Under the pieces are notes generated by a model. It was not told where the DNA came from and ran no database searches. It saw nothing but the letters and a program-made list of their open reading frames with translations. Positions 29,975-40,330 of a DNA stretch of 64,000 nt are shown in pieces. This DNA comes from Candidatus Heimdallarchaeota archaeon (lineage in GTDB: Archaea > Asgardarchaeota > Heimdallarchaeia > JABLTI01). How positions within the stretch are numbered: the stretch's first letter is position 1; each line of letters opens with the position of its first letter. A program made the position numbers and the translations under genes. The DNA lies in contig JABCTZ010000022.1 in assembly GCA_018238155.1 (NCBI GenBank), positions 56,385 through 120,384 on the forward strand, written 5' to 3'.

Positions 29975-31222
29975 ATGGCTAAAGAAGTACAAAAACAAAA
30001 AGAATCTGATTTTGGACCAAATTTAAAAGATTTCAGTGGATTGATCAGGGCAAGTAATATCTTTCTCTCACAATCGAATAGAACTCGAAAAGCTATGTTA
30101 AACCAAAGCGAAACACTTCTTGAATTCCGTGATTTGCTCATTAAAACCAAAAAGAAGAGAAAAATTGTTCATGTTACTGGTATGGGTCGCTCTGGCAGAG
30201 CAGCACAATTCTTTGCTGAACTTTTAAAAGATCTTGGTTACAAGATATCAATAATTGGGAAAACCCTTGCGTTACCTGTTTCAGTAGATGATGTTGTAAT
30301 AAGTTTCTCAGGTTCAGGAAAAACTACAACCACTGTAGCAAATGTAGGTGTTTGTGTAGATGGAGGAGCGAAAATCGTGACCTTGACTCAAAATGAAAAC
30401 TCACGACTGGGTAGGTTAGCAGATATCTGTCTTTTAGTACCAAAACCTAAGAAATTACAGAGAGCAGAAGAACCACTTGAGATTGAAACAGATAAGGGAT
30501 TTGTTGTAGCTGTTAGTCAAATTCCAGATGATATGAAAAGCTCACTCTCTCCAATGGGTACTTTATTTGAATTGTCAGCTCTATTAGTATCAATATGTAT
30601 AACCGGAATGCTTCATAGTGAAGATGAATCAATTAAAGCATTTCAGAGTACTATGGATTCAGTAATTGACAATGCAGAAAAAACTGTTCAAAAAATCATT
30701 AAAAAAGAAAAGACACAAGATGAGATTATTAGAGTAATGAAATTCTTCATTGACCTTAGTCCATCATCAACAAAGAAAGTATTTTGGGTTGGTGCAGGTC
30801 TAAGTGGTATTGTTGCTTCAATGCATGCTATGAGATTTCAGCATTTGGGTTTCAATATTCATTTACAAGATGATTGGAGATTCAGAAAGAAAAACGACAT
30901 CATTGTGGCAATCAGTGGGAGTGGTAGTACTCCGTTTACAAATAGCTTCATCAAAGAAGCTAAGAAAAAAGGCATGGCAACTATAGGATTCACTTCTTTA
31001 GTTGATTCAGAATTTGGTAAACACACAGATATAACAGTAAAAGTAACGGGTAGATTAGACCCGGATAGCTGGTATAATAGACTGTCTGAATCTAAACCAT
31101 TTATTGAAACGCAATTTGAATATGCTGCCGCAATAGTCATTGAAAGTATAATTGCTCAATTAGCAATCCATAAAGGAATTACAGAAACAGAAATGAAAGG
31201 TCGGCATGCAAACATTGAATGA
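29975..31222 (+). CDS. Tandem-SIS protein, duplicated 6-phospho-3-hexuloisomerase-like
   Basis: Two PHI-like units: GMGRSG...SGSGKT...PMGTLFE and GAGLSG...SGSGST...RHANIE. Confidence 0.85.
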   Translation: MAKEVQKQKESDFGPNLKDFSGLIRASNIFLSQSNRTRKAMLNQSETLLEFRDLLIKTKKKRKIVHVTGMGRSGRAAQFFAELLKDLGYKISIIGKTLALPVSVDDVVISFSGSGKTTTTVANVGVCVDGGAKIVTLTQNENSRLGRLADICLLVPKPKKLQRAEEPLEIETDKGFVVAVSQIPDDMKSSLSPMGTLFELSALLVSICITGMLHSEDESIKAFQSTMDSVIDNAEKTVQKIIKKEKTQDEIIRVMKFFIDLSPSSTKKVFWVGAGLSGIVASMHAMRFQHLGFNIHLQDDWRFRKKNDIIVAISGSGSTPFTNSFIKEAKKKGMATIGFTSLVDSEFGKHTDITVKVTGRLDPDSWYNRLSESKPFIETQFEYAAAIVIESIIAQLAIHKGITETEMKGRHANIE

Positions 31223-31312
31223 AAAATAGAAAAGAACCTCAAATTGCATAATTGACAACACATTTATTTGAGAAAAATTGAAACAGAAAATATCACAAAG
31301 AACGTGAGAATA

Positions 31313-31711
31313 TTGACTGATCGCGAACTAGAAAGTCTACGAGAAAAGCGTAAAAGAGAATTATTGTCACAATCACTCAAAAAAGATCTTGCACAGAAAA
31401 ATCAAGATGATGCAGTTCGCAAGGAACAAGAACGAGTGATACGATCAACAATGATCGTCAATCAATTTTTAGAAATTGATGCACGAGAATACATGGAGTG
31501 GCTATCTCGCGCTAAACCAGTTGTTGCCCAAACAATAAAAGATACGATTATTTTAATTGTACAAAAGAAAATGCTTCAAAAACCGTTAACAAAAATTGAG
31601 CTGAGAAAAATCGAAAGGGAAATTACCGGAGAAGAATCTAAAATAAGAGTTAAAAGAAGAGGGAAAGATGCAACAGATTTGAATGAAGTTATAAAAGGAA
31701 ATGAGGAATAA
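31313..31711 (+). CDS. PDCD5-like DNA-binding protein
   Basis: DRELESLREKR..., DAREY...KP, IRVKRRG. Confidence 0.75.
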   Translation: MTDRELESLREKRKRELLSQSLKKDLAQKNQDDAVRKEQERVIRSTMIVNQFLEIDAREYMEWLSRAKPVVAQTIKDTIILIVQKKMLQKPLTKIELRKIEREITGEESKIRVKRRGKDATDLNEVIKGNEE

Positions 31712-31751
31712 TTAAAAATTAATTGCTTATTTTTCTTTGTTCATTCTTTTT

Positions 31752-32735
31752 TCAAACTTTAATTTCGTAGATTATTCTCTCAATTTCTTTTAGTATTCCT
31801 TTAATTGTTGGTGTGGCAGTACCCACACCTTTCTTAGCTTTGGATTCAAAAAGGAAAAGACTGATGTATGCTAATTGTCTTTTTGATTTTCGATTTCTAA
31901 TAGCTTCTATCCAAACAATGTGTTGTTGAGCAGAAATCCATCCATATTCATCGCGCTCTTCTAACGACAAGCTAATTTTCCAAATGAGGGATGAAATGCT
32001 TTCATGAATAATATCCAATGTTTGTTGTGCATGTTTATCAGTAGAAAAGCTGTAAATACCTTCTCCTCTTTTATTATAAATTGAAAATCCCGTACATGCA
32101 GGGAAAACCGTCATGAATTGTTGTATGATTTTTTGGATTACTTTCTTTTGTTCCTGGGATATGACAAATTCTGCAGAAGGAAAATTGATTGTATCGTGAA
32201 TTTTCTGTACGGAAATTTCGACTATTTCTTTCAATTTATGGTTTTGTTCAAGTCTATCAAGTTGACCAAGATAATGTGATATTTCTTTATCTAAATCATC
32301 AATTAAATCATCAGAGGTAACAACAAAATCTTCTTTTTTCACAGATAATTCCATAGCATAAAGAGCTAAATCACCGGCATTTTCTAGATTTATCTTCAAA
32401 GCTCTTGCAATAATAGTTGGATTTGCCTCAGCTAATTCTTGTATAGTCATGTAACCCATTGTAGTTAATGCTTTATTTATCCCCAAAGGAGGATCCCCTT
32501 GAAATTCCTTTTGTACCATTAGCATATGCGATTTTATCGCAGCAATAAATAGCTGTTCAGCAATAGTTATAGTCGAATCGATAATATTCATAATTGTAGG
32601 AGGTAGAATTTCTACAAGTTCAGGTATGGTATTATAGCCAGCTGATTTTAAACGCTGCAAATATAGTTGTTTTAATTCTTGCTCTTTATCTGCGGTCATA
32701 AGGCTCCCATCCATTAGTGAAGTTACAAACTGCAC
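31752..32735 (-). CDS. Protein with two RadA-N-like HhH repeats and a roadblock/profilin-like C-terminal domain
   Basis: LKSAGYNTIPEL and LTTMGYMTIQELAEA repeats; CTGFSIYNKRGEGIYS. Confidence 0.65.
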   Translation of the reverse strand: MQFVTSLMDGSLMTADKEQELKQLYLQRLKSAGYNTIPELVEILPPTIMNIIDSTITIAEQLFIAAIKSHMLMVQKEFQGDPPLGINKALTTMGYMTIQELAEANPTIIARALKINLENAGDLALYAMELSVKKEDFVVTSDDLIDDLDKEISHYLGQLDRLEQNHKLKEIVEISVQKIHDTINFPSAEFVISQEQKKVIQKIIQQFMTVFPACTGFSIYNKRGEGIYSFSTDKHAQQTLDIIHESISSLIWKISLSLEERDEYGWISAQQHIVWIEAIRNRKSKRQLAYISLFLFESKAKKGVGTATPTIKGILKEIERIIYEIKV

Positions 32736-32903
32736 ATTTTACAAGTTAATTTAACGTCATTCATTCTTATTGGTTTTGTTATTAACATTATCTTCAAAAA
32801 ACACTAGTAATAACATTAGATTAGAACTTTTCATACTAGAAAATTCAAACAAAATGAATGTAAGATATTATATATTTGAAACATTATAATTCAACATGGA
32901 AGG

Positions 32904-33686
32904 TTGCAAATGAATTTATATTCAGATGATTTTTATAAATTAGAAGCCCCTCCGGCAGTAGAAATTAATGTTCGTCCAAATATTCTCTATACAGAAGAAT
33001 ATTCGTATTTAACTAGAGATGAACTTGAGGTGCTTTTTCTATTGGCTACAACTGAAATGTCTGCAGAAGGTATGACATCTTTTTCGTTCTCAGGTATTAA
33101 AAGACAATTAGGAAAGCATCAACAAAAAATCACCAAAGCAATTAATAGATTAGTCTCAAAAGGACTCATCAGTAAAAACAACACGGGTTATTCCATTTCC
33201 CATAAAGGCACTTCAGTATTATCCCAGGTAATAAAATTACAAAATACCGTAGATATGCATAAAGCATCAGATAAATATCTTGAGCAAAGGATTGTTTTTA
33301 ACACTAAAATTTCTCTCGAAGAAATTACTATTCGTCTGGTAGGTAAATGGTTTGGATCTTTCAGATATATTTCTCATACAGAAGGAAAGCAGCTCATTGT
33401 TCGATGGCAATTAGTAAATACTAAATCATCAGCTACTTTGAAACTCTTACCTGATGAGGTAATATTAAACATCATTCCAGATAGTAATGATTTATTGCAA
33501 TTTTCTTATGAAGAAGCATTAGAAGATCTATCACAATATATTATATCTATAGTTACTGATCTTGGAGTACAATCAACAATTGAAAGTGAAGGGTGGCGAA
33601 ATAGCTCTATCTCAGAAATTGAATATGCACAGAGATTATCCTCTTGGTTAGGGAACTATAATGCGGCATCTCTTTCTGAAAACTAG
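32904..33686 (+). CDS. Winged-helix protein
   Basis: FSFSGIKRQLGKHQQKITKAINRLVSKGLISK...YSISHKG. Confidence 0.75.
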   Translation: MQMNLYSDDFYKLEAPPAVEINVRPNILYTEEYSYLTRDELEVLFLLATTEMSAEGMTSFSFSGIKRQLGKHQQKITKAINRLVSKGLISKNNTGYSISHKGTSVLSQVIKLQNTVDMHKASDKYLEQRIVFNTKISLEEITIRLVGKWFGSFRYISHTEGKQLIVRWQLVNTKSSATLKLLPDEVILNIIPDSNDLLQFSYEEALEDLSQYIISIVTDLGVQSTIESEGWRNSSISEIEYAQRLSSWLGNYNAASLSEN

Positions 33687-33836
33687 TTATTCTTTGAATA
33701 ATGGAAATATTTTTTCAAGCTATTTTTAACGGCGAATGAGTTATTTTTTGATATAAAATAGACATTATTAGACCTAGTCATTTTATATAATAATATAACA
33801 AGGTATCATAGGATAAAATAATGTGAGGTTGATAAA

Positions 33837-34484
33837 ATGCAACCAACTAAGAATTTTGAAGAACAACTTTCTAAAGGAACAACAACTGTTGGAATAAAAT
33901 GCAAAGATTGTGCAATCCTTGTTGCGGATATGCGAGCAAGCATGGGAACATTAGTTGCTTCAGATCACGCCAAAAAAGTTCATTCATTAAATGAATTTAC
34001 AGCAATAACTATTGCAGGGTTAGTATCTGATGCACAATATATCATAGATATTATGCAAGCACAAATTCGACTCTTTGAGTTGGATCGCAAACGTTTACCA
34101 AAAACGTCTATGATTGCTAATCTAGTGAAGAACATGCTCTACGGTCAATATCGAGCCTATTTCCCATATTACGTCCAATTAATTATTGGCGGTTGGGATA
34201 AAACTGGACCACACATCTTTTCATTTGATATGGCAGGATCCCTATCTGAAGATGACTGGTTTTCATCTGGTTCTGGATCACCTGTTGCTTTTGGTGTTTT
34301 AGAAGCATTATACAAAGAAGGTATGACCGAAAAAGAAGGCATGAAAGTTGCCCTCAAAGCATTGAAAGCCGCAATAAAGCGTGACACTGCAACTGGCGAT
34401 GGTATTCGCGCAGTGGTAATTGATAGCAAAGGATTCAGAGAGCTATCAAAACAAGAAGTAATTGAACATGGAGGAGACCTCTAA
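33837..34484 (+). CDS. psmB: Proteasome beta subunit
   Basis: Propeptide followed by G-TTTVG; ADMRAS; SGSGS; RDTATG. Confidence 0.95.
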   Translation: MQPTKNFEEQLSKGTTTVGIKCKDCAILVADMRASMGTLVASDHAKKVHSLNEFTAITIAGLVSDAQYIIDIMQAQIRLFELDRKRLPKTSMIANLVKNMLYGQYRAYFPYYVQLIIGGWDKTGPHIFSFDMAGSLSEDDWFSSGSGSPVAFGVLEALYKEGMTEKEGMKVALKALKAAIKRDTATGDGIRAVVIDSKGFRELSKQEVIEHGGDL

Positions 34485-34485
34485 A

Positions 34486-35193
34486 ATGTTTTCACAACCA
34501 AGTCAATTCGGATATGACAAAGCAACGGTTATCTTCTCACCAGATGGTAGAATTATCCAAGTAGAATATGCACGAGAAGCAGTTAAAATGGGTAGTACTG
34601 CTGTTGGTCTTAAAACAAATAATTGTGTAGTACTAGCAGGTCAGAAACGAGCTTTTGAACTAATTGAATCAGCTGACAAAGTATTCAAAATTGATGAGCA
34701 TATTGCCTCTACTTTTTCAGGTTACTCTGCAGATGGCAGAGCTCTTTTATCTCGTGCTCGTGTTGAGTCCCAAATTGAAAGAATAACTTATGGAGAAGTA
34801 ATTGATCCAGAAGTTCTCTCTGAAAAGATAGGTGATTACTTACAATCCTTCACTCAATATGGAGGTGTAAGACCATTTGGAATCGCTGTTCTGTTTGGTA
34901 GTGTGTATGAAAGTGACACTTTCCTTTACTTCGTTGATCCTGGTGGAGCAATCTTCAGTTGTTTAGCAACAGCTATTGGTGCAAATGAAGGTGCAGCAAA
35001 AGAAGTTTTGAAAGCTGGTTATAAGAAAACTCTTAGCAATAAAGCAGCTATTAAACTTGCTTTAGATGCCCTCAAAGCTGCAGCAGATGAAGAGGAAGGA
35101 AAGATCACTGCTGAATTAGCTCTCATAGATACTAAAACAGGTAAAGTACAAATTTTAAATCAAAAACAACTTGATGAGTTATTGAAAGCTTAA
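34486..35193 (+). CDS. psmA: Proteasome alpha subunit
   Basis: GYDKATVIFSPDGRIIQVEYA, TQYGGVRPFG. Confidence 0.95.
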   Translation: MFSQPSQFGYDKATVIFSPDGRIIQVEYAREAVKMGSTAVGLKTNNCVVLAGQKRAFELIESADKVFKIDEHIASTFSGYSADGRALLSRARVESQIERITYGEVIDPEVLSEKIGDYLQSFTQYGGVRPFGIAVLFGSVYESDTFLYFVDPGGAIFSCLATAIGANEGAAKEVLKAGYKKTLSNKAAIKLALDALKAAADEEEGKITAELALIDTKTGKVQILNQKQLDELLKA

Positions 35194-35227
35194 ATTCTTT
35201 CAATTCTCTATCTTTATTTTTCTAATT

Positions 35228-35950
35228 TTATGATAAATTGCCATTTATTTTTAAAAGTAATTCAGGTAAATCCTTCAATAATGGAATGATATATGTTGGG
35301 TTATATTCAGCTAATCTTGCACCATAAATTGGACCGAATTCACCTAGAATACTTACCATTCGAACATTAGCTCTTTGTGCTGCAACGATATCAGTTGGAA
35401 GATCACCAATGTAAAGGCATTCACTTGATTTCAAACCTAGCCCTTTGACTCCTTTAAGTATGCTTTCTGGATGAGGTTTTGCATGATTACAATCATCTCG
35501 AGTAATAATTACATCAAAATCTCTCAAACTTGGTATCTTCTTTAAAGCTCTCTCAATAACATTTCTCTCAGCAGAAGTTACTAAACCCATTTTGTATTGA
35601 GTAGCTAATTGTTCGAGTGTTTCATTTGCATAAGGTAAAGGTACAATATTCATTTTACTTTTATAGTACATAACACTACCAGTGATCATAAATTTTAATC
35701 TTTGAAAAGCATTCAAAGTTCTAACATTACTTATCTCTAAAAATTTCATCAATGCATAAAGTGGACTAACCTTCTCACCTGACAATAATCGCTTCAATGT
35801 CTGATGCAAAGTTTTAATAACCAGATCTTGTTTAATATCTGGTTTTGCTTTTTTTAATGCCCAGAGATATGGCCAACCTATTCGAGCCATCAACGAGGAA
35901 ATCACGCCATCAAAATCAAACAGTATTCCAGTAACAGGTGTTTCCTTCAT
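35228..35950 (-). CDS. HAD-superfamily hydrolase
   Basis: FDFDGV, KPHPE, YIGDLPTD. Confidence 0.9.
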   Translation of the reverse strand: MKETPVTGILFDFDGVISSLMARIGWPYLWALKKAKPDIKQDLVIKTLHQTLKRLLSGEKVSPLYALMKFLEISNVRTLNAFQRLKFMITGSVMYYKSKMNIVPLPYANETLEQLATQYKMGLVTSAERNVIERALKKIPSLRDFDVIITRDDCNHAKPHPESILKGVKGLGLKSSECLYIGDLPTDIVAAQRANVRMVSILGEFGPIYGARLAEYNPTYIIPLLKDLPELLLKINGNLS

Positions 35951-36121
35951 TATTATTAGTCCTATGAATTTCTACCATAAAGTTATCTCTCGACATTAAA
36001 GTTTATTGATGTAGAAGTAAATCCATTTTTCATAAAAAACACACTTGAATTGAGATATTCAGAAATATTCATTTAATTAAAGAAGGAAATATTTACAAGA
36101 ATATAAATTATCATTCGGGAT

Positions 36122-36991
36122 GTGAATTGTACATTGCCTAAACACATGAAAACTCTAACAGAATATATTCGAGACTTACATAGTGATGAAACCAAAGTGC
36201 AAATTCAGGCAGCAATCGCTTTAGGAGAATGGGACAATGACCGAGCAGTTACACCACTTATTAAAGCTCTCTCTGCAAAGAATGATGATTTTAGGAGAGA
36301 AACCGCTCGAGCACTAAAAGAGATAGGAAATAAAAGAGCGATTAAACCACTATTAGATGTTATTTATAATGACCCTTCTCCCGAAGTGCGAGCTGAAGCG
36401 GCATATGCTCTCGGTTATTTTGCCCTATCTAGCAAACAAGTTGATGTGCTCATAGATTCGCTCAATGATGAACATTATTTAGTTAGACAAAACATAGTCT
36501 TTGCTCTAGGAAAGATAAAAAGAAGAAAGAGTGTATTGCCACTATTAAAATTGCTTGTTAGTGAAGAAAATTATAATGTAAGGGAATTAATTGCTTGGTC
36601 TCTAGGAGAACTAAAAGATAAAAGAGCAATTCAACCTTTAATTATAGCTTTAAGTGATACACATATTGCAGTGAGAAAGAATGCTGCTTTTGCTCTTGGT
36701 AGATTAGCGGACTCTTCAGCAACTACTGCACTAAAAAATAATCTCCTTCGAGATGGAGAAGCAAAAGAGAACGCTTGGGCTCTAAGTAAAATTTTAAAGA
36801 AACGTTCTGTTGTAAAATTGCTAAAACAGAGTTTTAAGAAGAAGAAGAAAGAGAAAGTATATGAGGATTGTGTGGAAATTTGTAGAGTATTATTTGAAAT
36901 AGAACGTAAAAGTGCAGAGAAGCTCATTAAAGAAATGCTAAATGAAATAGATTTCGCTCACTATCACGATGAAATTAAAGCTATAATCTGA
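36122..36991 (+). CDS. HEAT/PBS-lyase repeat protein
   Basis: Repeated VRxxAAxALG...AIxPLI units. Confidence 0.9.
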   Translation: MNCTLPKHMKTLTEYIRDLHSDETKVQIQAAIALGEWDNDRAVTPLIKALSAKNDDFRRETARALKEIGNKRAIKPLLDVIYNDPSPEVRAEAAYALGYFALSSKQVDVLIDSLNDEHYLVRQNIVFALGKIKRRKSVLPLLKLLVSEENYNVRELIAWSLGELKDKRAIQPLIIALSDTHIAVRKNAAFALGRLADSSATTALKNNLLRDGEAKENAWALSKILKKRSVVKLLKQSFKKKKKEKVYEDCVEICRVLFEIERKSAEKLIKEMLNEIDFAHYHDEIKAII

Positions 36992-37005
36992 AGAAATTCT
37001 AAAGT

Positions 37006-37719
37006 CTAATCTTCATCAGTTGAAACAATGACTGCCTCTAAAACATCATCTAACAATGGTCGATCTTGATCAAGTGGAGGTCCTTCTATTGCTTGCGCCT
37101 TACCAATTTTGGGTGCTTCGCCTAAATCACGTAAACCACTACTTCTTCGCACACTCGTAGTTGCGGGTCCAACTGCAACCCTTGATTGAGAAATTGCTCG
37201 AGTTAGCTTTGATTCCATTTGGTCGATCCTTTTTATTAATTGCAAAACCTCTTCATTACTCATTTCAGCTGTAACTGGTTTCTTTTTCCCTTTTGGAGAC
37301 TTTTCTTCTTTAGGCATAATCTTGCTGAACTTCATTCCCAAGTCTTCAATTTTCTCAAGTATTTTTTCATTTGCTTCATCTGATAATTGAAATTGATCTG
37401 TTTGATTGATTGTTCCAGCTTCAACAGGAACTAAATGACCAATATCTTCTTTCAAAGTTTGAATGAAAGAATGTAATTCATCTAATCGCTTAGAAGTGTT
37501 AGGATCAGTTGTGCTGAGCGTTTCGGAATATTTGGGTGGAGGACTTTTGGTAGATGCAGAACCAAAATATTGCTCATGAAGTGCAGAAATAGCATTAGTA
37601 ATAACTTCTTCCACAGAAGAATACTTAGTTAGAAGGTCTTCAATTTCATCTTTGGTATCAGATTCATATATATAGTCCAAATTGAATCTTGGTCCTCTGA
37701 TTTTTCTACCACTCAACAA
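37006..37719 (-). CDS. Hypothetical protein with coiled coils
   Basis: ORF track. Confidence 0.65.
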   Translation of the reverse strand: MLSGRKIRGPRFNLDYIYESDTKDEIEDLLTKYSSVEEVITNAISALHEQYFGSASTKSPPPKYSETLSTTDPNTSKRLDELHSFIQTLKEDIGHLVPVEAGTINQTDQFQLSDEANEKILEKIEDLGMKFSKIMPKEEKSPKGKKKPVTAEMSNEEVLQLIKRIDQMESKLTRAISQSRVAVGPATTSVRRSSGLRDLGEAPKIGKAQAIEGPPLDQDRPLLDDVLEAVIVSTDED

Positions 37720-37872
37720 TCTTTAGCTCCATCAACAAAACAATAATTTCTATTTATAGTCTTTTGTTCCTCATCCATTTTTATTTTTTTGTTTAACTGA
37801 TAAAAAGTGACCGTTCATTACTATTCATTTTTTTCATTATATTATTTTAATCTTGTTCCTATTAAGACCACC

Positions 37873-38655
37873 TTAACGTTTAAACAACCATTTTTCATCT
37901 TTAAAGAGTTCTTGTCCAATTCTCACAGCGTCTGTCTTTTCTTTTTCAGAAAGCTTGCCAGGAACAAGTGATACTTTCAAAGCATTTCCAAGTCCTTCTA
38001 TCAAAGCATTACCTATTTCATCAAAGGATGGAGTAGTACCTAATTCTAATTCAAGACTTGAGACTCTTTCTTTCGCGTGGGAAATCAATTTTGCTTTTAT
38101 CTTTTCATCAGGTACGATCAACAATGAGAACATCTTCTCTACGTTAACTTGTCTCAAAATGGTGCCATGCTGTAATACAACTCCATTACGACGTGTTAAA
38201 GCACTTCCAGAAATCTTCTTGCCAGATTTTTTGAGAATAATATCATTTATAGGTTTAAATTCTGATTCAACATTTAGCTTTGCTAATCCATCAACGACTC
38301 CCCCACAAATCAATGCATAAATTTTCATAATATCTTGTGGTATACGTTTATCTGAAGTCAAACAGTTGACGGAATAAGTTAATTCCCCATCAATATCATG
38401 ATATACTGCTCCACCACCAGTAATTCGACGAATGTAATCTACTCCCATTTTCTTACAATTGTCAATATTGATGACCTTTCTCATTGATTGAAAATAGCCA
38501 ATGGAAACTGATGAGGGGTTCCAACGATACAGACGAATAGTATTAGGTGATTCGCCTGCAGCAACAGCTTCAAGTACAGCTTTATCTAATCCCATATTAA
38601 AATAACAATCGCCGGGTGTTTTTTCCCAAATTAAGCGCCATTCTGAATCGTTCAT
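37873..38655 (-). CDS. lplA: Lipoate-protein ligase A family protein
   Basis: RRITGGGAVYHD, NDI, GKKISGSA, LQHGT. Confidence 0.9.
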   Translation of the reverse strand: MNDSEWRLIWEKTPGDCYFNMGLDKAVLEAVAAGESPNTIRLYRWNPSSVSIGYFQSMRKVINIDNCKKMGVDYIRRITGGGAVYHDIDGELTYSVNCLTSDKRIPQDIMKIYALICGGVVDGLAKLNVESEFKPINDIILKKSGKKISGSALTRRNGVVLQHGTILRQVNVEKMFSLLIVPDEKIKAKLISHAKERVSSLELELGTTPSFDEIGNALIEGLGNALKVSLVPGKLSEKEKTDAVRIGQELFKDEKWLFKR

Positions 38656-38721
38656 AAGTATCAACACAAACACTAGAAGAAAAGCATTTCTAAAAAATGA
38701 ATAATTAAAGAGCAGCTCCTC

Positions 38722-39219
38722 TCAAAAACCATATAGAGATTGAAGAAATGGTATATAGACGAATATTGAAAATATTGTTTTGAATATTATATGTAAAACT
38801 GCTCCAACAGCAGCGATTATTATTGAATTTCTTATTTTGTGATCAGTACTACCAAGATTCTTGGCCTCAAAAGCATAAAAGATTGTTAAAATTAACCACT
38901 TTGTTCCACCCATACATAATGTAAGCCAAGCAAATAACCAAGCAAATTTGAGTTTATTCTCAATTTGTTCTTGAGCATAAGATTCCCGTTGATCATAAAT
39001 TGTTTGTTGACCATACATTTGTGAGGGTGAGCAATCACCAAGCTGTCTCAAATTATCGGATTGACAACTATCTCGCGGACTTGGAGGGGATGTATTTGAT
39101 GATTTAAAAGGACCCATCTTCTGTTCTTTTAAAGCTCCTCCACATGTTCCACAAAAAAGATCATTTTTATTGACAATTGCTCCACAATGAGAGCAAATAA
39201 CAAATTTTTCTGATGACAT
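38722..39219 (-). CDS. Zinc-ribbon membrane protein
   Basis: CSHCG...FCGTCG plus C-terminal TM helices. Confidence 0.75.
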   Translation of the reverse strand: MSSEKFVICSHCGAIVNKNDLFCGTCGGALKEQKMGPFKSSNTSPPSPRDSCQSDNLRQLGDCSPSQMYGQQTIYDQRESYAQEQIENKLKFAWLFAWLTLCMGGTKWLILTIFYAFEAKNLGSTDHKIRNSIIIAAVGAVLHIIFKTIFSIFVYIPFLQSLYGF

Positions 39220-39318
39220 TTTCTCCTCTTTCCTAAAGTAAAAGTTCATTAGACTTTAGAATCTTATTTGTAATCACTATATTAAAACTTGTTCAAATTA
39301 TTTTATGCTATTACAGCA

Positions 39319-40308
39319 CTAATTCAAAAATTCAACAAAGTATTGTTCAACCTCTAACAATTCTTTGGAGAGTAAATCCCTTGGAAAATTATACAGTTCT
39401 TTGCCAGGAGATTCATTATAAAATGGTCTATTACAATGGGGGCAACCTGATGTTTTGAATGGTTTTCCTAAAACAAGTGCATTTTTAATTTCAGCAGTTG
39501 ATGTTCCAAAATCAATAATAACCCCTTCTTCTTTTGAAAAGGACATATTTGAAGAGGAGCTTTTCCCTTTGAAGATCAAGTGTCTTGCAAGTTGGATTCT
39601 TCTATATGAAGCCATCTCAGGTTGAGGTCGTTTTTCTAAATCCGTTCCACGTACAGCAGTAAAAGCAAATAAACCGACAGTGATTTTTTTATCATAAAAT
39701 CGTTGAATGAAATCCACTGCCTGTTTTTCTGTTTCACCCAAACCTATGATTAAATGTGTGCTAACAAACCTATTGCCAAAGACTTCTGTTGCATCTACAA
39801 ATGCTTTTTCGAGGATTTGCCAAGTGATATCCACACCACGTTTAGATCCCTTGATTTCCTCAAATAATTCCGGAGTAGCACAATCAAAAGAAATTCCAAC
39901 TCGTTTAACACCCAATACTTTCATTTCTTCCAATACTGTCTTGTTAACAGGATAGCTACAAACCGTAAGAGGTATGGTAATAGAGCTTTTTGAGAGCATT
40001 GTTAGAATATTCATTAAATCTGCTGTTGAGTTATCAAATCTAACAGTTTGGATACAAATTCGTTTTATCCCTGAATCAATTGTTTCAAATCGTTCTATCA
40101 ATTTAGACAATTCATAAACAGGCCAAAGCACTCGAGACAATTGATTAGTACTCCCTTTACTATCGCGAGCTTGGGAGCAAAACATACAATTTGATTTGCA
40201 ATGAAGCTCGGAAAAAAGCATCAAATAAGCTGTAGTTGGTTTAACAAGCACTTTGATTTGTTCTAAATCCAGCGCAGCTGCAGTGCCGATTGATGCACGA
40301 ATTTTCAT
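39319..40308 (-). CDS. lipS2: Radical SAM lipoyl synthase component, LipS2 type
   Basis: CKSNCMFC plus C-terminal TSGCPHCNRP motif; near lplA. Confidence 0.8.
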   Translation of the reverse strand: MKIRASIGTAAALDLEQIKVLVKPTTAYLMLFSELHCKSNCMFCSQARDSKGSTNQLSRVLWPVYELSKLIERFETIDSGIKRICIQTVRFDNSTADLMNILTMLSKSSITIPLTVCSYPVNKTVLEEMKVLGVKRVGISFDCATPELFEEIKGSKRGVDITWQILEKAFVDATEVFGNRFVSTHLIIGLGETEKQAVDFIQRFYDKKITVGLFAFTAVRGTDLEKRPQPEMASYRRIQLARHLIFKGKSSSSNMSFSKEEGVIIDFGTSTAEIKNALVLGKPFKTSGCPHCNRPFYNESPGKELYNFPRDLLSKELLEVEQYFVEFLN

Positions 40309-40330
40309 TACTTCACACTCAAATATTCAT

